A DNA stretch of 63,661 bases, counting the filler, from Trichomonas gallinae (Eukaryota), in the NCBI GenBank assembly GCA_008369845.1. It is 12 parts of 12 records of this genome, joined end to end, with 100 filler letters (N's around TTAATTAATTAA, not from the genome) between each part and the next. Parts side by side here need not be neighbours in the genome. Positions count along the whole stretch, not along the records: positions 30,960 to 58,272 come from MRSU01001283.1; 11 more parts are not named here. One strand, 5' to 3'. The notes beneath the pieces were generated by a model that made no database searches, was not told the DNA's origin, and saw only the letters and a program-made list of their open reading frames with translations. A program made the translations under genes and the position numbers. This document shows, one piece after another, positions 41,807 through 54,048 of this stretch (positions are counted from its first letter, which is position 1; each line of letters starts with the position of its first letter).

Positions 41807-43678
41807 CGAAAAAAAATAAATAAAAATTCTCTTAAGCTCATTCAATAATAATCGAATTCATTTGAAAATATGGCATATTGCATATAGAAGCATATTCCCG
41901 AAAATTATTTTTGACGATGATTTTACATGTCAATTAGAATGACATGTAAATAATCACAGCATATTTGTATAACCATCAATTCTAAAAAAAACATGCTGTG
42001 ATTAAAAACATTTCAATTGTCCTTCAGAATTTTGATTATTTCAAAAAAAAATCGATAGTTTTGATGTTAGTGGTGTAATAGTGTTAAATGTGAAGAAGAA
42101 TTTGAATATCTTTCAAATAGTTGGAAGCATTATATTATTAAGGTTATACATGGCAAAATGAACTCTTCATCATTATCAAATACTTAATAACAGGGCTTCG
42201 ATTGTGAAAATGAAGGTTAAAAGTGTCAACAAGGATTGTTTGTAATGGTTAATACAGATACCTTTGAATCAGAATCAATGTTTCGCTAAGAGAATATATA
42301 CATTAGTGAGAATATCCATTGTTGAGAAATAACAATAAATTGAGATGATTGAATGAAATAAGATTTGTGAAACAAAATTAACTAATGGATTAACATGATG
42401 TATTATAATGATGGGAAAAGAGTGACAAATTTACATAACAGATTCTCGCTTTTTTGACAAGTAAAATAATAATCAAAAAAACATAGGTGATGATTCAATT
42501 TTTTTTTTTTTCAATATCAAAATCAAAATATTTTATGCTATATCTTATGCTGCAGCTCAAGCGTGTGGGGTAGATTCAATACGGAGCAACTCCATATTTT
42601 CTAATAGATGCAAATAGCAATAAAATAATTAGCAATTTCAGATCAAATAAATTTACTGAAACATCGCCTTCATGATAAAGCAATTTGTTTTTTGAAGAGC
42701 AAATATATCATAAGCATTATAGTAACGTAGTACAGATTCGTATTACAAAAAGTGATAAAGAACTTATTCTATTTGCTGCTGTTTTGAAGCTTGGATATGA
42801 TTTTTCTCAGTAATAAATATACATTGTTAAATAAACTATTCATATTTAACAATAAAAATAATAATAATCTGGAATAATCTTTAAAATTCAAAAATAGCTA
42901 TTATATATATTTCCAATAATATAGGTAGTTATATTATCCATGTTATTGATTGATGATTCTATTACATTTGTATTTTCAAGTTCGAAAAGTTTAATATACA
43001 TTGATTCATAATCAATTAACAATCGTATGAATATGATTACTTTTAAATCGTTCAATCGCTTGTAAAAAAATATATCTCCGAATTTATCTTTGTTTTGATC
43101 AGGAGAATAGCATGCACTATTCATAAAGTATGTTTAGCAATTCGAATTGGGTATGAAAAGTCGGCCTTCGCACTGTCTTAATTTCATTCGGCAGGCAATA
43201 ATTTTTTGCCAGTTGTCTTGTAAACTATATCGTTATGGAGAAACCATTTATGAAAACATATTATTACCAAGGCCAACTGATCGTACAACAGTCGATACTT
43301 GCGTTGATGATGTCGTAGGTGATAGTTAGGCGCGTGTCCTCCAGCAAAAACAAAATTCGCCATTGTCATTCCGAACTTTTAGGGCGAAACAAAGCTAAAA
43401 ATGGATAGCATTCATGTCATAGATCACATAAAACGATTTTTTGGACACATATTATAAATTTGAAAAAAAGTTTTGTAAAGGTTTACAACCTTTGAATTCT
43501 TTGAATTCATCAAATTTCATAAATAGTTGTATTTTCGTCATAGATTAGTATTATTCGGTTTTCGATTGAAACGATATTTTTCTTAATAAAATTTGTGTAA
43601 AACTTCATACATCGTAAATACATTATCACACAATATTCATTTGGCTGAATTTTGATTGTCACTTTTTCCATTTCAGTC

Positions 43679-44314
43679 ATGAATTCTAGCTTATTGGAAA
43701 TGCCTGATGGAACAGTCATTGATACAAGCAATCTGACGCCAGAACAGATCAAGTATCTTGAAGACAAGAAGGCTAACAGAGATCAAATCAGAATTCCACA
43801 AAATAAAAATCGCTTGAATGAACAACAACAACAGCCAGTAATGCAGCAACCATTCAACCCTGTTTTCCCACCGTCTGAACCAGCACCAGCTGTTGGAAAG
43901 CAGAAGAAGACATTCCAACCCTTCCAACAACAACAACAGCAGACATTTGTTCCACAACAGCCTCAGCAATTCCTTGCTCCAGCACCACAGCATAACACAC
44001 CAGATTTACTATTCACAGCACCTCCACCACAACCACAGCAGCAACCTGTAATGTTTGGTACTCCAAGCACTGCACCTGCTCAGGTTGATATCTTCCCAGC
44101 TCCACCAAAAGAGCCAGAACAACCGAAATTACCAGAATTCGAAGATTATAGCAATATGATTACACCTTTAGGCAGTCAGCCTAAGCCTACCCCAGCTCAG
44201 TTGCAAGCCATGCATAAGAGCCAATCATTAGATAACACCTTAGTCGATCTTGAGCACCTTGCCTCTGGAGAACCAGGCAGAAAAGTTCAGTATGGCAAAG
44301 CAATTAAGATATAA
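43679..44314 (+). CDS. Q/P-rich disordered hypothetical protein
   Basis: Inr TCACT at 43659 followed by ATG 43679; strong coding bias; low-complexity Q/P tracts. Confidence 0.8.
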   Translation: MNSSLLEMPDGTVIDTSNLTPEQIKYLEDKKANRDQIRIPQNKNRLNEQQQQPVMQQPFNPVFPPSEPAPAVGKQKKTFQPFQQQQQQTFVPQQPQQFLAPAPQHNTPDLLFTAPPPQPQQQPVMFGTPSTAPAQVDIFPAPPKEPEQPKLPEFEDYSNMITPLGSQPKPTPAQLQAMHKSQSLDNTLVDLEHLASGEPGRKVQYGKAIKI

Positions 44315-45502
44315 AATATAAATTTCTACGTCTCTTTTCCTAACTGGCCTCTTTTTTCTTTACATGAGGCAAATTCTTGTTACTCAATTGATATGCGTCT
44401 CTTCCACTCATATTAATAAGTTTGACAATTTCAATAATGATAAATATATTGTTTTGTTTTAGCAATATGACTAAGTATGGACTATATGATGTGGTGCATG
44501 TATCAAAATTAGTCAAAATCCGATTTAATTTTTGATGCTAAAATTAGCGTCTGCAAATCTCCCAATACACTATAAACAAGTTTATTTTTAAGTAAAATGT
44601 TTACTAACTATCAAATTTGATACACTTTATTTTATATCGTTGTGATGATGAGCGGAAGCAAAGGCCATAAATACATCGATGCGCATATGACATTGATGTA
44701 TATCACTAACAGCATGCTATTGATCAAATCATACAGCAATTTAATAAACAAGATATAATAAATTACATTTCGGATGCATTTCTACATTAAATTCTGCTAT
44801 TTATGATAATAACAAAGGATTCCCACTCGCTAAATCTAGGCTTGCACATTGGTATGTTAGCTTTATTTTCTCATATGAACTCACGCATTCTTTTTAACAT
44901 GTATATATGACATTGATGATAAGCAACTCAGTATTGTTATCAACTTAGACTCATCATAACAAAATTATTTTTGATTGAAAATCAAGTATAATTCATGTGC
45001 CATTACTCACGTATTAAAAATATAGTATTAGAAAGATAGTTACAACGTGAATCTGGAAAAAGAAAAAAATATTGTATTGAAAATCATTGTCTTATAATAA
45101 TTAAATTGATTGAAAAATATTAGAAAATCTGTTACCAGTATAAATTTATATCTGAAATTAGATCAATTCGGTGATTGAAAAATTCAAAAAAATACGATAT
45201 GAAATCGTCATGTAAGTGCTATAGTTTAACAGTATTTTTTGTATATAGCTCAATTTTTCATTACCAAAAGAATTTACCTTAATTTTCAAAAATGAAAAAT
45301 GAAAATTTGCTTAAATCGGAATATAAACTATATCACGCCAAATAAAACACAAAAATTAACGAATTGCTGGAAATCTACAGTTGCAGATGGTTGGAAATCT
45401 TTTTTCTGTTGTCACTTTTCTAAAACGTGACAATTAAAGTTCTCAATTTTAGGACGATAGACTTTACATGCCGATACAAAAAAAAAATTATAAAATTTTC
45501 TT

Positions 45503-48500
45503 ATGAGTTGGTTATCATCTAAGTTTGGTGGTCAAGGTGGCCTAAAGTTTGTCACCAACTTGATGGTTCCAGAAGAAATTAAACAATTCCGTAAAATAGT
45601 TCAAGATTTACCTGCTACAGATTCACCAATTCCAGCCGGAGATTTTTTGCTGGAAAAGATCATCCCAAAACACGGAACGGAGCTCAACAAGTACCATCTT
45701 GATGATGAAATGCGGAAATTAGTTGCTATGTACACATCTTTATTTTTCACATCGCAAGGAAAGATGGAAGAATCGAAAAAGGTCATCGATTTTCTCAGTA
45801 AATCAATTCTAATTACAGCAGCAATACAATCCACGTTTGAAAGCTATGTTTCGATCGTTATTAAGATTCTTGAATTGAATAATAAGGAGTTATGCGAATA
45901 TGCACTAGATTTCGTTAATCTAGCATTGATAGCGGATACACTTATTCCTATATTTTTCGGTGGAACGAATATTTCTCGACTTTGGCAATTTACATACGTT
46001 CTAAATGAAAATACGAACGTTGTTTATGGTTCTTTGCTCTTAGAAATAGTAAGCCATATCAGATTCATGAATCCTGATTATTTTATCGAGTTAATTAAAA
46101 TATCATATGATTGTTTTACAAATTCAGACCAAAAATTCGTAAATTTAACACAAGCAATCGAGTTTATTTCATATGTCGTTTGCAACTACGACTGTACAAA
46201 TTATTTAGTTCAATTAATGCCGAAAATATTGCAACTTTCGCCAAAACTTACTTCTTTGAACTGCTTCGAGAATTTTCTTAAAGCGCCAGTTGTTGCACCT
46301 GCTGTAACGTGGACACCTCTCTCCGAAATCTGCGCGTCAAAAGAAGCCACATTATTAACATTTCATTCTGCGTTAAATGCCATAGTTCGCACGAAACTCA
46401 TTCCTCCACCAGACTCTTTTTCATTTGATTCATTCGCGAAAGTCACAAAACAGTTGTCAAAAGAAGATATCGAAATTCTTTTTAATATTGTACAGCAATG
46501 CGACTGTACGACAAAGGCAAACTTCGTAGCAGCCTGTTTGCCGCTAGAAGATACAGGTTGCAACGACGAAGACTTATCTAAACTTGTTTACGAAACTCAA
46601 TGGGACCAACACATAGGACTTGTCCTTAACGCAATCATCGTTAATGTCGATACAGGCCTCTTAATGAAATACTTGGAAACTAGGCCAGAATACTTCGCTA
46701 TGTGCAATGCAGCTTGCAATCAAATATATCCGGACTGCAAGGCCACTGTTGCAGTGCTGATGAAATTCATTGAGATGACAAGACACAATTTCGAGCTCGT
46801 TTCGTCATTATTGTCTAAATTACTCGATCGCGCAAATGTAACAATAACAATTCCACAAGTTGTACTCGAATTACAAAAGGATATACCTGATTTCACTGTA
46901 AATTGTTTTGCAAATGCAGCAAGAAGGATTCCTTTGTTTAATCGCGAATTTTTCAAGCAAGATTACATTCCTTGCCTCAAGAACTTAACAACAACACGTG
47001 CTGGTTTAGGATTACTCGCTGCTTTAGCAATTGATGGCCCAGTTCAAGAAATTGATGATTTTGTTTCAAATAATTGGAATTTATTCGAAAAATGGGATGA
47101 AAAGGACCTCAAAAACGTTATGTATGGTGTTCCTCCTGGCTCTGATACTGTTGGATTCATCAGAATTCCATCAATTATTCCTCACGTTAAAATTACTGAG
47201 GCAAGGAACCCATTTGATAAGCTCCAGTTATCCAAATACATGGTCAATCCATCACGCGATGACTTAAAGCTCTTCATTTCGCAAGCAATTCCAAGTGAGA
47301 ATCTAAATTCGATTATGCACGATACAGAATTAATTAAATTGGCAACAGATCCACTTGAGCCACAGAAAGGATCAATTATGTTCCATCCAGCTGCCCGTGA
47401 TCCAGTTGTTAACACTTTAGCGGCTCCTGCAATTTCATTCTGGATGTTAGCATGGGATGTGACGATGAAAACACCAATAATCAGCTACAACAATCTCACA
47501 ATTGAGCTCTGCCCGGACGGAATCATTGCTTTCGGCGGTCAACCATATAAAATCGAAATGAAGAAGTGGATTTTGATTTCTATATTCAATGATCAGAAGG
47601 TTCTTACAGCCTACGTCAACGGTGTTCAAATTGGACAGAGTTCATCGATCATTCCTAAATATATTAATTTCGGTGGATCAAATACAGCGTCAACATGGCT
47701 TCTTTCTTCTTCTATATTCACAGAAGAAAACGTTTCGAACAGAGAAAGTCAGATGAAGTCTTTAATAGATGAAGGTCCATATATTCAGCTTCTCGCAAAC
47801 ATAAAAATCTCTCCTGGCGCAAAAGTAGCAAACTACGAAGGTTTGCTGAGACATTTCGATGCTATTGGTGGCAAAGAATTCATTTTCAACGAAATCATCA
47901 ACTGCCAAGAAAACGAATTCGACAAATTGGCAGATGGCATCAGAGCAGCATTTAACATGTCCAAACTCAAAGTATTCATGAAGTTACAGTTCTTCAGGCT
48001 AATGAAATACACTATATTCCGGAAGGATAATATGTATTCGCCCGAGTTTGAAAACGTAATTTTCGAGTGCTTAACTAATAGCAACGGCGAACTTGATGTA
48101 GCATCAGCTTTCTCAATATACACTGACTATAGAATACTTAACTCTCAGAAAATCAACTTTTCTTTCATCCACAGATTAATAGAACATGTAGATAATACGC
48201 CTGAAATGGCTTTGTTCCTTCACTATCTTCTCGATATTTTCTCTTTCTTCATGTTGTCTAATGAAGCTGCCGATTATTGCTTGAATTTAATCGAAATTTT
48301 CGTGCAAAAATTCCCAATATTATTACAAAAGATTGCATTAGTTATGATATCTACAGCACACATTGAGACAGATGACGTCACTGAGTTATTCGAAGAAGGC
48401 GGAAATGAAATACAAAAGAAATTCTTCAAATTGTTGACAAGAAACAAAGATGCATTTTCTGAAACAATACAACCGAAAACTGCTTTTTCATATGCTACGC

Positions 48501-51500
48501 TTGTACATAACCAGCTCGCTTTGAATTTGCTGGAATTCATTTCTATTATTTGCATTGAGAAACCTGATTATTTCTCTTTGCCAGATTTCAAGAAGATGAA
48601 AAACTTATTCAGAAGTGAATCAACAAATCTAAAGACATGGACAGTTTTGTTCACTTTCCTGACGATGTCAAAACACGAACAACTCTCTGAATACAAAGAA
48701 GAAACAATCAAAAGAAATGACGTTATTCCTGTAATTCTCAACTCAATGCGCAATATTATCAATCCAGAAAACGACAAACTTTGCACAGAAATTATCGAAG
48801 TATTGATGACATTAATAAGCAAGAATCAAATTTCATTGGCGCAATATTCCAGAAAGATTTCAATTTTGTGCTCGCTTGGCTTCAATGAAAGAGATCTCGC
48901 CGGACTAACAAATGCTTTAGTTAGACTGGATGATACAAAAGTTAGAAGAAGAAATCTTGGAAAGACAATTAGAGCATCATTCGATTCAGCTGAAGACAAC
49001 AGAATGATACAATTCAAAGATGAGCTAAGATACATGGATAAGGTTTTGTATAACGAAACAGTAGATTATCTTAACCTGCATCCTTTAGTTGTTGATAATT
49101 CAAATTATGTTGAACCAGAACCACCTAAATTGCCAGAAAATCTTAAAGATTATTTCAATCTCGAATGCACAACACAAATTGCTAGAATGGCCGCGCAAGC
49201 AATATTCCAAGCTGCTTTCCTCGGCGACGATAAATTCAAGACAGTTTTAGTTCACTTGACAATCAACGGTGCTGACGTTGCTCCAGAAATCATTGACGAA
49301 ATGCACAGAAAGATTATCATAGAATTTTTGGCATTAAATCTGTCAGCGATGCCGCCAAATACAAGAGTAGAGTTCTTCACATTCTTAATCTTTAGAATCA
49401 TCGAAGGCTGGTGGACAGGCTATATTGACGAAATTTACGCGATGGCTTCTTTGCAAATCATCCATGAAATCCCTGAAATAATTGGTGGTTTTGTAATTAC
49501 AATCTTGTCACAGGCACCAAATGATGAAATGAAATTATTCATTGCCAATAAAGTAGTATCAGGAGAATTGTTCTCTGTCATTGTTCAAAACTCAAAGATT
49601 TTCTCATCATTCATTGCTATTATCGTCACGAAAGAAATTTCATCGAAACCAGAAGCTCAAGAGTTATACACATTAATCGCCAGCAAACTTAAGGAGTCAG
49701 AAATGACAATCGCATTCAGATCAGGTAACGCTTTAGCTTGGTTAGACTTGAAGCCAACAATTCCATTGTCCCTTCAAGATTATTTCAAAGACATGTTCGA
49801 CGAAGCTGTTTCAAACTCGCAGCAGATACAAAAGGAAAGACAATTCATCACAAGGAAACCATCCGGCGTCAAAGTTTCACGCGATAAACTGTTTTCAACA
49901 CATCACGCATGCTTCATAAGAAGAGCTTTCAGATTCCAGTTCTTCATCCACTACAATCTCAGCTCGCAAGCACTGAACTATGCTATAGATGGATTATTCA
50001 AACTTGCTAAATCTCAAGAAATGGCTACAAAAGAATTCGCTAAATATATGTATTGTCCCGCACCTTCACCATTCGTTCCACCTGTTAAATTAATGCCATT
50101 GATCATCAGCTATGAAGCAACATTCAAGAAGAACTCATCTAAAGTTCCTTCACCGATGTCTATCCACAAGCAGCCTTTCATTGCTAAGGCCGATGTTATC
50201 ATGCAGAGTGCAACAGCTGCTAAAGTTTACGATGGATGGTACTTGCCTTCTTTCGTTCAATTCGGTGCCGCTTTCCTGGCGAAATTAATATATAAACCAG
50301 TAGAACCACTTTTCCCGTGTGGAATTCTTAACACACCAGAAAGTTTGTCGTGTGTAGGTATGATAGCACAAGATGCGTTTTACATTATAACAAATGCCTC
50401 TTATCTTAATAATGGAGAAATTGTCATGAATGACATAAGTGATCAAATTTGCCACGCTGCATTAATAGAAAGTCTTCCATTTAATATTGTTGGAAAGACA
50501 ACACTATTCTTCAACCATTCTGTCATCAAGATATCATTCAAAGACATTTCGTTGATCATTCCAAGAAAATTCATCCATGAGGATACGGCATTGGATATAT
50601 ATACGTTCCAGGGCAACTCTTTTTCAATAATTCTTCCAGAATCAGAAAGAAAACTTATCTCTCAGAAGACATTTACTTACAAGTTCTTTGCAAAAAGAGG
50701 ACCAGTTTGGGTTGCATCCATTTTATCAGAAAAGCCACAAAACGTTGCTGAAATGTGGGCAAACGGCGAACTTTCAACATTCGATTATTTGTTATATCTT
50801 AACGCATTAGGTTTGAGATCATTCAACGACTACGCGCAGTATCCAGTCTTCCCATGGGTCATTGGCGACTACATACATGAAAATGGCTATGATATATTAA
50901 GAGATTTCAGGAAACCACTAGGTATGATCGGAGAAGTTCGTGCTGAACGTTATAAGCAGATGTACCTTGAAACAGGCGAAAAGTATTTCTATGGCACACA
51001 TTATTCATATCCAGCCTGCGTGTTGCATTTCATGATGAGATGCGAGCCATATACATTGTACAATGTCATGCTTCACAGCGGCTTTGATCACAAAGATAGA
51101 TTATTCGTGAACATCGCTGAATCATGGCACAGTGCAAGTGCATCAAATCAGGCTGATCTCAAGGAACTCATCCCACAGTTCTTCTGTACTTTCGAGTATC
51201 TTACAAATATGAATAACATTCCTTTGTCGGTCAGAACAGATGGAACGGATTTGGCAAATGTTATTCTCCCAGTTTGGGCGAAATCTCCTAAAGAGTTCAT
51301 GGTCATCTGCAGGAGAGTTTTGGAGTCTCCATCAGTAGCATTGCAACTTCCTGACTGGATCGACTTAGTTTTCGGTTACAAGCAAACAGGACAAGCAGCA
51401 ATTGAAGCATGCAATCTTTTCCATCCACTTTCATACGAAGACCAGCCTCTTCAACACGTTGATGACCAGAGAGAAATGAAAGCTCAAGTCGATGCCATCA

Positions 51501-52555
51501 ACAACTTCGGACAGACACCACACCAAATCTTCGATAACCCGTCAACAAGATTCAAACTCAAAGACACGACACAGTTAAACAACACAGATTATTCTGTCGT
51601 CCAATTAAAGAATATGTCATCGAAGGCTAAATCGTTGATCCACGTTGATGATGATTTAATTGCTCTTCCAAGACTCGAGCACCAGATGTGTGGAACTAAC
51701 ATCAAGATATTCAGCAGATGCTTCGAAATCAACAGAGATATTATGATCGAAGAAGCCAATTTCAACATCAGATGCTCAAACGTTTCATCTGATAATTTGT
51801 TCTTGGTCACTGGCTCTGATTATGGAGTTGTCACATCATTCATCTTCAGGGAAGGCAAACCTGTTAAATTAGAATCTACTCCATTATTCAACAGGATTGA
51901 AACTGTTGCCGTTTCATCGCATTTGTCATTGATTTTAGCTGCAACGAAATCAAAGATTTATTCATTGGATCTTTCAAGCGGTTTCCCAATCAGGACAGTC
52001 GAAATTCCAAATGTCAAATATATTGCATTCGATGAGACATCATATCTTGTATATGCTGTTTCGCTCAAGTCAATAACTGTTATGACACAGAACCTTGAGA
52101 AGCTCTGCAAGACCAAAGTTGAAACAGATATTACATCTCTTGCTGCAAGTGACAACACGATGTGGACACAGTCACCTTTCTTCGTAACAGGACATGCAAA
52201 CGGAACAGTTAACATGTGGACAGTCGACATTGTTTCAGGCAAACTTGAGAAGAAAGAGTTGATGAGATTCGGAGATATTCATGTCACTGCAGTCTGTGTA
52301 TTCGGAAATGGAAGAGCTGTTGCTGCAATCAACAAGAAAGGACAAACTTACATTGCTGTTTCGACTAACATCAGAAAATCATTGCTCAAGTATTCATTGT
52401 TCGACAGCTGCCCTTGCTGCAAGTCACCATTGGCAAATGAGAAACCACAGTTTTGTCCGATGTGTGGCCTCCCAGTCTGCGAACACTGCATCAGTCCAGA
52501 TGGATGCACAAAGTGCACCGCGAAACTTGCTATAGACACAAATCCACCTCAATAA
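45503..52555 (+). CDS. Beige/BEACH-domain protein (ConA-like, PH, BEACH, WD40, C-terminal Cys-rich zinc finger)
   Basis: STFDYLLYLNALGLRSFNDYAQYPVFPWV, YGTHYS, FDHKDRLF, KELIPQFF, WIDLVFGYKQ and FGQTPHQIF; WD-like FVTGHANGTVNMW; terminal CxxC pairs. Confidence 0.95.
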   Translation: MSWLSSKFGGQGGLKFVTNLMVPEEIKQFRKIVQDLPATDSPIPAGDFLLEKIIPKHGTELNKYHLDDEMRKLVAMYTSLFFTSQGKMEESKKVIDFLSKSILITAAIQSTFESYVSIVIKILELNNKELCEYALDFVNLALIADTLIPIFFGGTNISRLWQFTYVLNENTNVVYGSLLLEIVSHIRFMNPDYFIELIKISYDCFTNSDQKFVNLTQAIEFISYVVCNYDCTNYLVQLMPKILQLSPKLTSLNCFENFLKAPVVAPAVTWTPLSEICASKEATLLTFHSALNAIVRTKLIPPPDSFSFDSFAKVTKQLSKEDIEILFNIVQQCDCTTKANFVAACLPLEDTGCNDEDLSKLVYETQWDQHIGLVLNAIIVNVDTGLLMKYLETRPEYFAMCNAACNQIYPDCKATVAVLMKFIEMTRHNFELVSSLLSKLLDRANVTITIPQVVLELQKDIPDFTVNCFANAARRIPLFNREFFKQDYIPCLKNLTTTRAGLGLLAALAIDGPVQEIDDFVSNNWNLFEKWDEKDLKNVMYGVPPGSDTVGFIRIPSIIPHVKITEARNPFDKLQLSKYMVNPSRDDLKLFISQAIPSENLNSIMHDTELIKLATDPLEPQKGSIMFHPAARDPVVNTLAAPAISFWMLAWDVTMKTPIISYNNLTIELCPDGIIAFGGQPYKIEMKKWILISIFNDQKVLTAYVNGVQIGQSSSIIPKYINFGGSNTASTWLLSSSIFTEENVSNRESQMKSLIDEGPYIQLLANIKISPGAKVANYEGLLRHFDAIGGKEFIFNEIINCQENEFDKLADGIRAAFNMSKLKVFMKLQFFRLMKYTIFRKDNMYSPEFENVIFECLTNSNGELDVASAFSIYTDYRILNSQKINFSFIHRLIEHVDNTPEMALFLHYLLDIFSFFMLSNEAADYCLNLIEIFVQKFPILLQKIALVMISTAHIETDDVTELFEEGGNEIQKKFFKLLTRNKDAFSETIQPKTAFSYATLVHNQLALNLLEFISIICIEKPDYFSLPDFKKMKNLFRSESTNLKTWTVLFTFLTMSKHEQLSEYKEETIKRNDVIPVILNSMRNIINPENDKLCTEIIEVLMTLISKNQISLAQYSRKISILCSLGFNERDLAGLTNALVRLDDTKVRRRNLGKTIRASFDSAEDNRMIQFKDELRYMDKVLYNETVDYLNLHPLVVDNSNYVEPEPPKLPENLKDYFNLECTTQIARMAAQAIFQAAFLGDDKFKTVLVHLTINGADVAPEIIDEMHRKIIIEFLALNLSAMPPNTRVEFFTFLIFRIIEGWWTGYIDEIYAMASLQIIHEIPEIIGGFVITILSQAPNDEMKLFIANKVVSGELFSVIVQNSKIFSSFIAIIVTKEISSKPEAQELYTLIASKLKESEMTIAFRSGNALAWLDLKPTIPLSLQDYFKDMFDEAVSNSQQIQKERQFITRKPSGVKVSRDKLFSTHHACFIRRAFRFQFFIHYNLSSQALNYAIDGLFKLAKSQEMATKEFAKYMYCPAPSPFVPPVKLMPLIISYEATFKKNSSKVPSPMSIHKQPFIAKADVIMQSATAAKVYDGWYLPSFVQFGAAFLAKLIYKPVEPLFPCGILNTPESLSCVGMIAQDAFYIITNASYLNNGEIVMNDISDQICHAALIESLPFNIVGKTTLFFNHSVIKISFKDISLIIPRKFIHEDTALDIYTFQGNSFSIILPESERKLISQKTFTYKFFAKRGPVWVASILSEKPQNVAEMWANGELSTFDYLLYLNALGLRSFNDYAQYPVFPWVIGDYIHENGYDILRDFRKPLGMIGEVRAERYKQMYLETGEKYFYGTHYSYPACVLHFMMRCEPYTLYNVMLHSGFDHKDRLFVNIAESWHSASASNQADLKELIPQFFCTFEYLTNMNNIPLSVRTDGTDLANVILPVWAKSPKEFMVICRRVLESPSVALQLPDWIDLVFGYKQTGQAAIEACNLFHPLSYEDQPLQHVDDQREMKAQVDAINNFGQTPHQIFDNPSTRFKLKDTTQLNNTDYSVVQLKNMSSKAKSLIHVDDDLIALPRLEHQMCGTNIKIFSRCFEINRDIMIEEANFNIRCSNVSSDNLFLVTGSDYGVVTSFIFREGKPVKLESTPLFNRIETVAVSSHLSLILAATKSKIYSLDLSSGFPIRTVEIPNVKYIAFDETSYLVYAVSLKSITVMTQNLEKLCKTKVETDITSLAASDNTMWTQSPFFVTGHANGTVNMWTVDIVSGKLEKKELMRFGDIHVTAVCVFGNGRAVAAINKKGQTYIAVSTNIRKSLLKYSLFDSCPCCKSPLANEKPQFCPMCGLPVCEHCISPDGCTKCTAKLAIDTNPPQ

Positions 52556-52716
52556 TTTTTATTATTTTTTTTCATCAATTTTTATCATTGTTTCATTAAA
52601 ATTTTATATTTTTATTCGTATTTGTTTTTGAATAGACTTAAATGCAAAAGATCAAATGGAGGAACAGCCAAAATTGTTGCTCCACATTTTGTAAATTTGT
52701 TGTATATCATTTAATG

Positions 52717-53351
52717 CAACGGTTCTATTGAATTTTACAATGCATAGATTCTGATGGAGTGCATGAAAAATTGCAACACATTGAGCATATTAATTAATAA
52801 GCTTTATTCATGGATTTCGTTAGTACAATTTGTGCCTAAAACTGATGGTAGCACTTTTTTTGGTACAATTATGTGACCTTTCGTATCATATACGACTTTT
52901 GAAATACAATTTATTAATATATTGGATGTAACAATCTTATTACACTTTTTTTTTAACTGAATAAAGATATTGAATTTCTAAAATAACTGTGTTTCACAGC
53001 TGAATATGCACATATAAATAAGTTTTTTATTGATAGAATTCAAAGAGATATGAATGGAATATGAGCGATAATTCTGAAGAAATTGAGGCATTAACATGTC
53101 ACACAAAACTTTTATTATGCATTTTCTTATATTAAAAACTTCAACGGTCCTCAAGTTACTTTTTTCCCCACCCAGAAAATATTTTATATTTTAATTTGAT
53201 AAATACAAACATTATCTATATTGTGAACATAAATTTTCAACGGTTCTATACAACAGCCATTGATTTTCATGCAGACAATTTTCGTGTGCTTCAACGGTAG
53301 ATAGCTGTGTTTTGTTACAAAGAACTCAGGTTAGAGCTTCATCACAACGGT
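52717..53351 (+). promoter_or_regulatory. Five same-strand CAACGGT (Myb-type) motifs
   Basis: Copies at 52717, 53142, 53238, 53292 and 53345. Confidence 0.45.
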
Positions 53352-54048
53352 AAAGCAATGAAGCACTCTTTTCATATCAGCTTTAATCAATACCATATCA
53401 TAATTCAGTGAAATAATGCGATTTATGCTGAGCATTTTCAAACAGTAAGCAAAATCTAGAATACTCAACGCAAATTTGTAAGTAGTGATTGCAATTAATG
53501 AATAAGAATTTAAATTCCATATATCATCCCCAATATTTCAAATAAATTAACAAATAATAAAGAAAAAATACGTTTGAATTAAATGTGCATACTGTTTTAT
53601 ACACCAAATCTCTGTTCTAAAGTATCATTCTTTGTTTATGCATTGTTTTTTCAATGGATGAATATTGAATCTTTGAGAATTTTTCTTCATGCTTATGTAA
53701 TATTTATCTTTAAATCGATTTGCAATGATTACTATTATGTATTAATTCGCAATAAGATGTCGAAATATATCATGATTGAAAAATAATCTTTTTTATTGAT
53801 AATTATTAAAAATTTATTTGTTCAAAAGCCACAATTACTTCTGTGTTCGCATATGTTAAAAGAAAAACCAATTGGAATGATCCTACTTTCATTTTCAATA
53901 TTTTTGAACAAAAAATATGAAAAATCATGAACCCACGTCCAATTGATGTTAACATGCAATATATTTATCACTATAATATTAAAACGATGAATATAAAACA
54001 CTAATATGAAAATTTCATACATGAATAACCCCAACTTCGCATCGAAAT

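Noticed and set aside
43147..43400. Slightly GC-richer patch with a GLGNNMF peptide on the - strand, resembling a fucosyltransferase motif
   Set aside because: Flanked by stops and other frames are equally plausible; too little to support a call.
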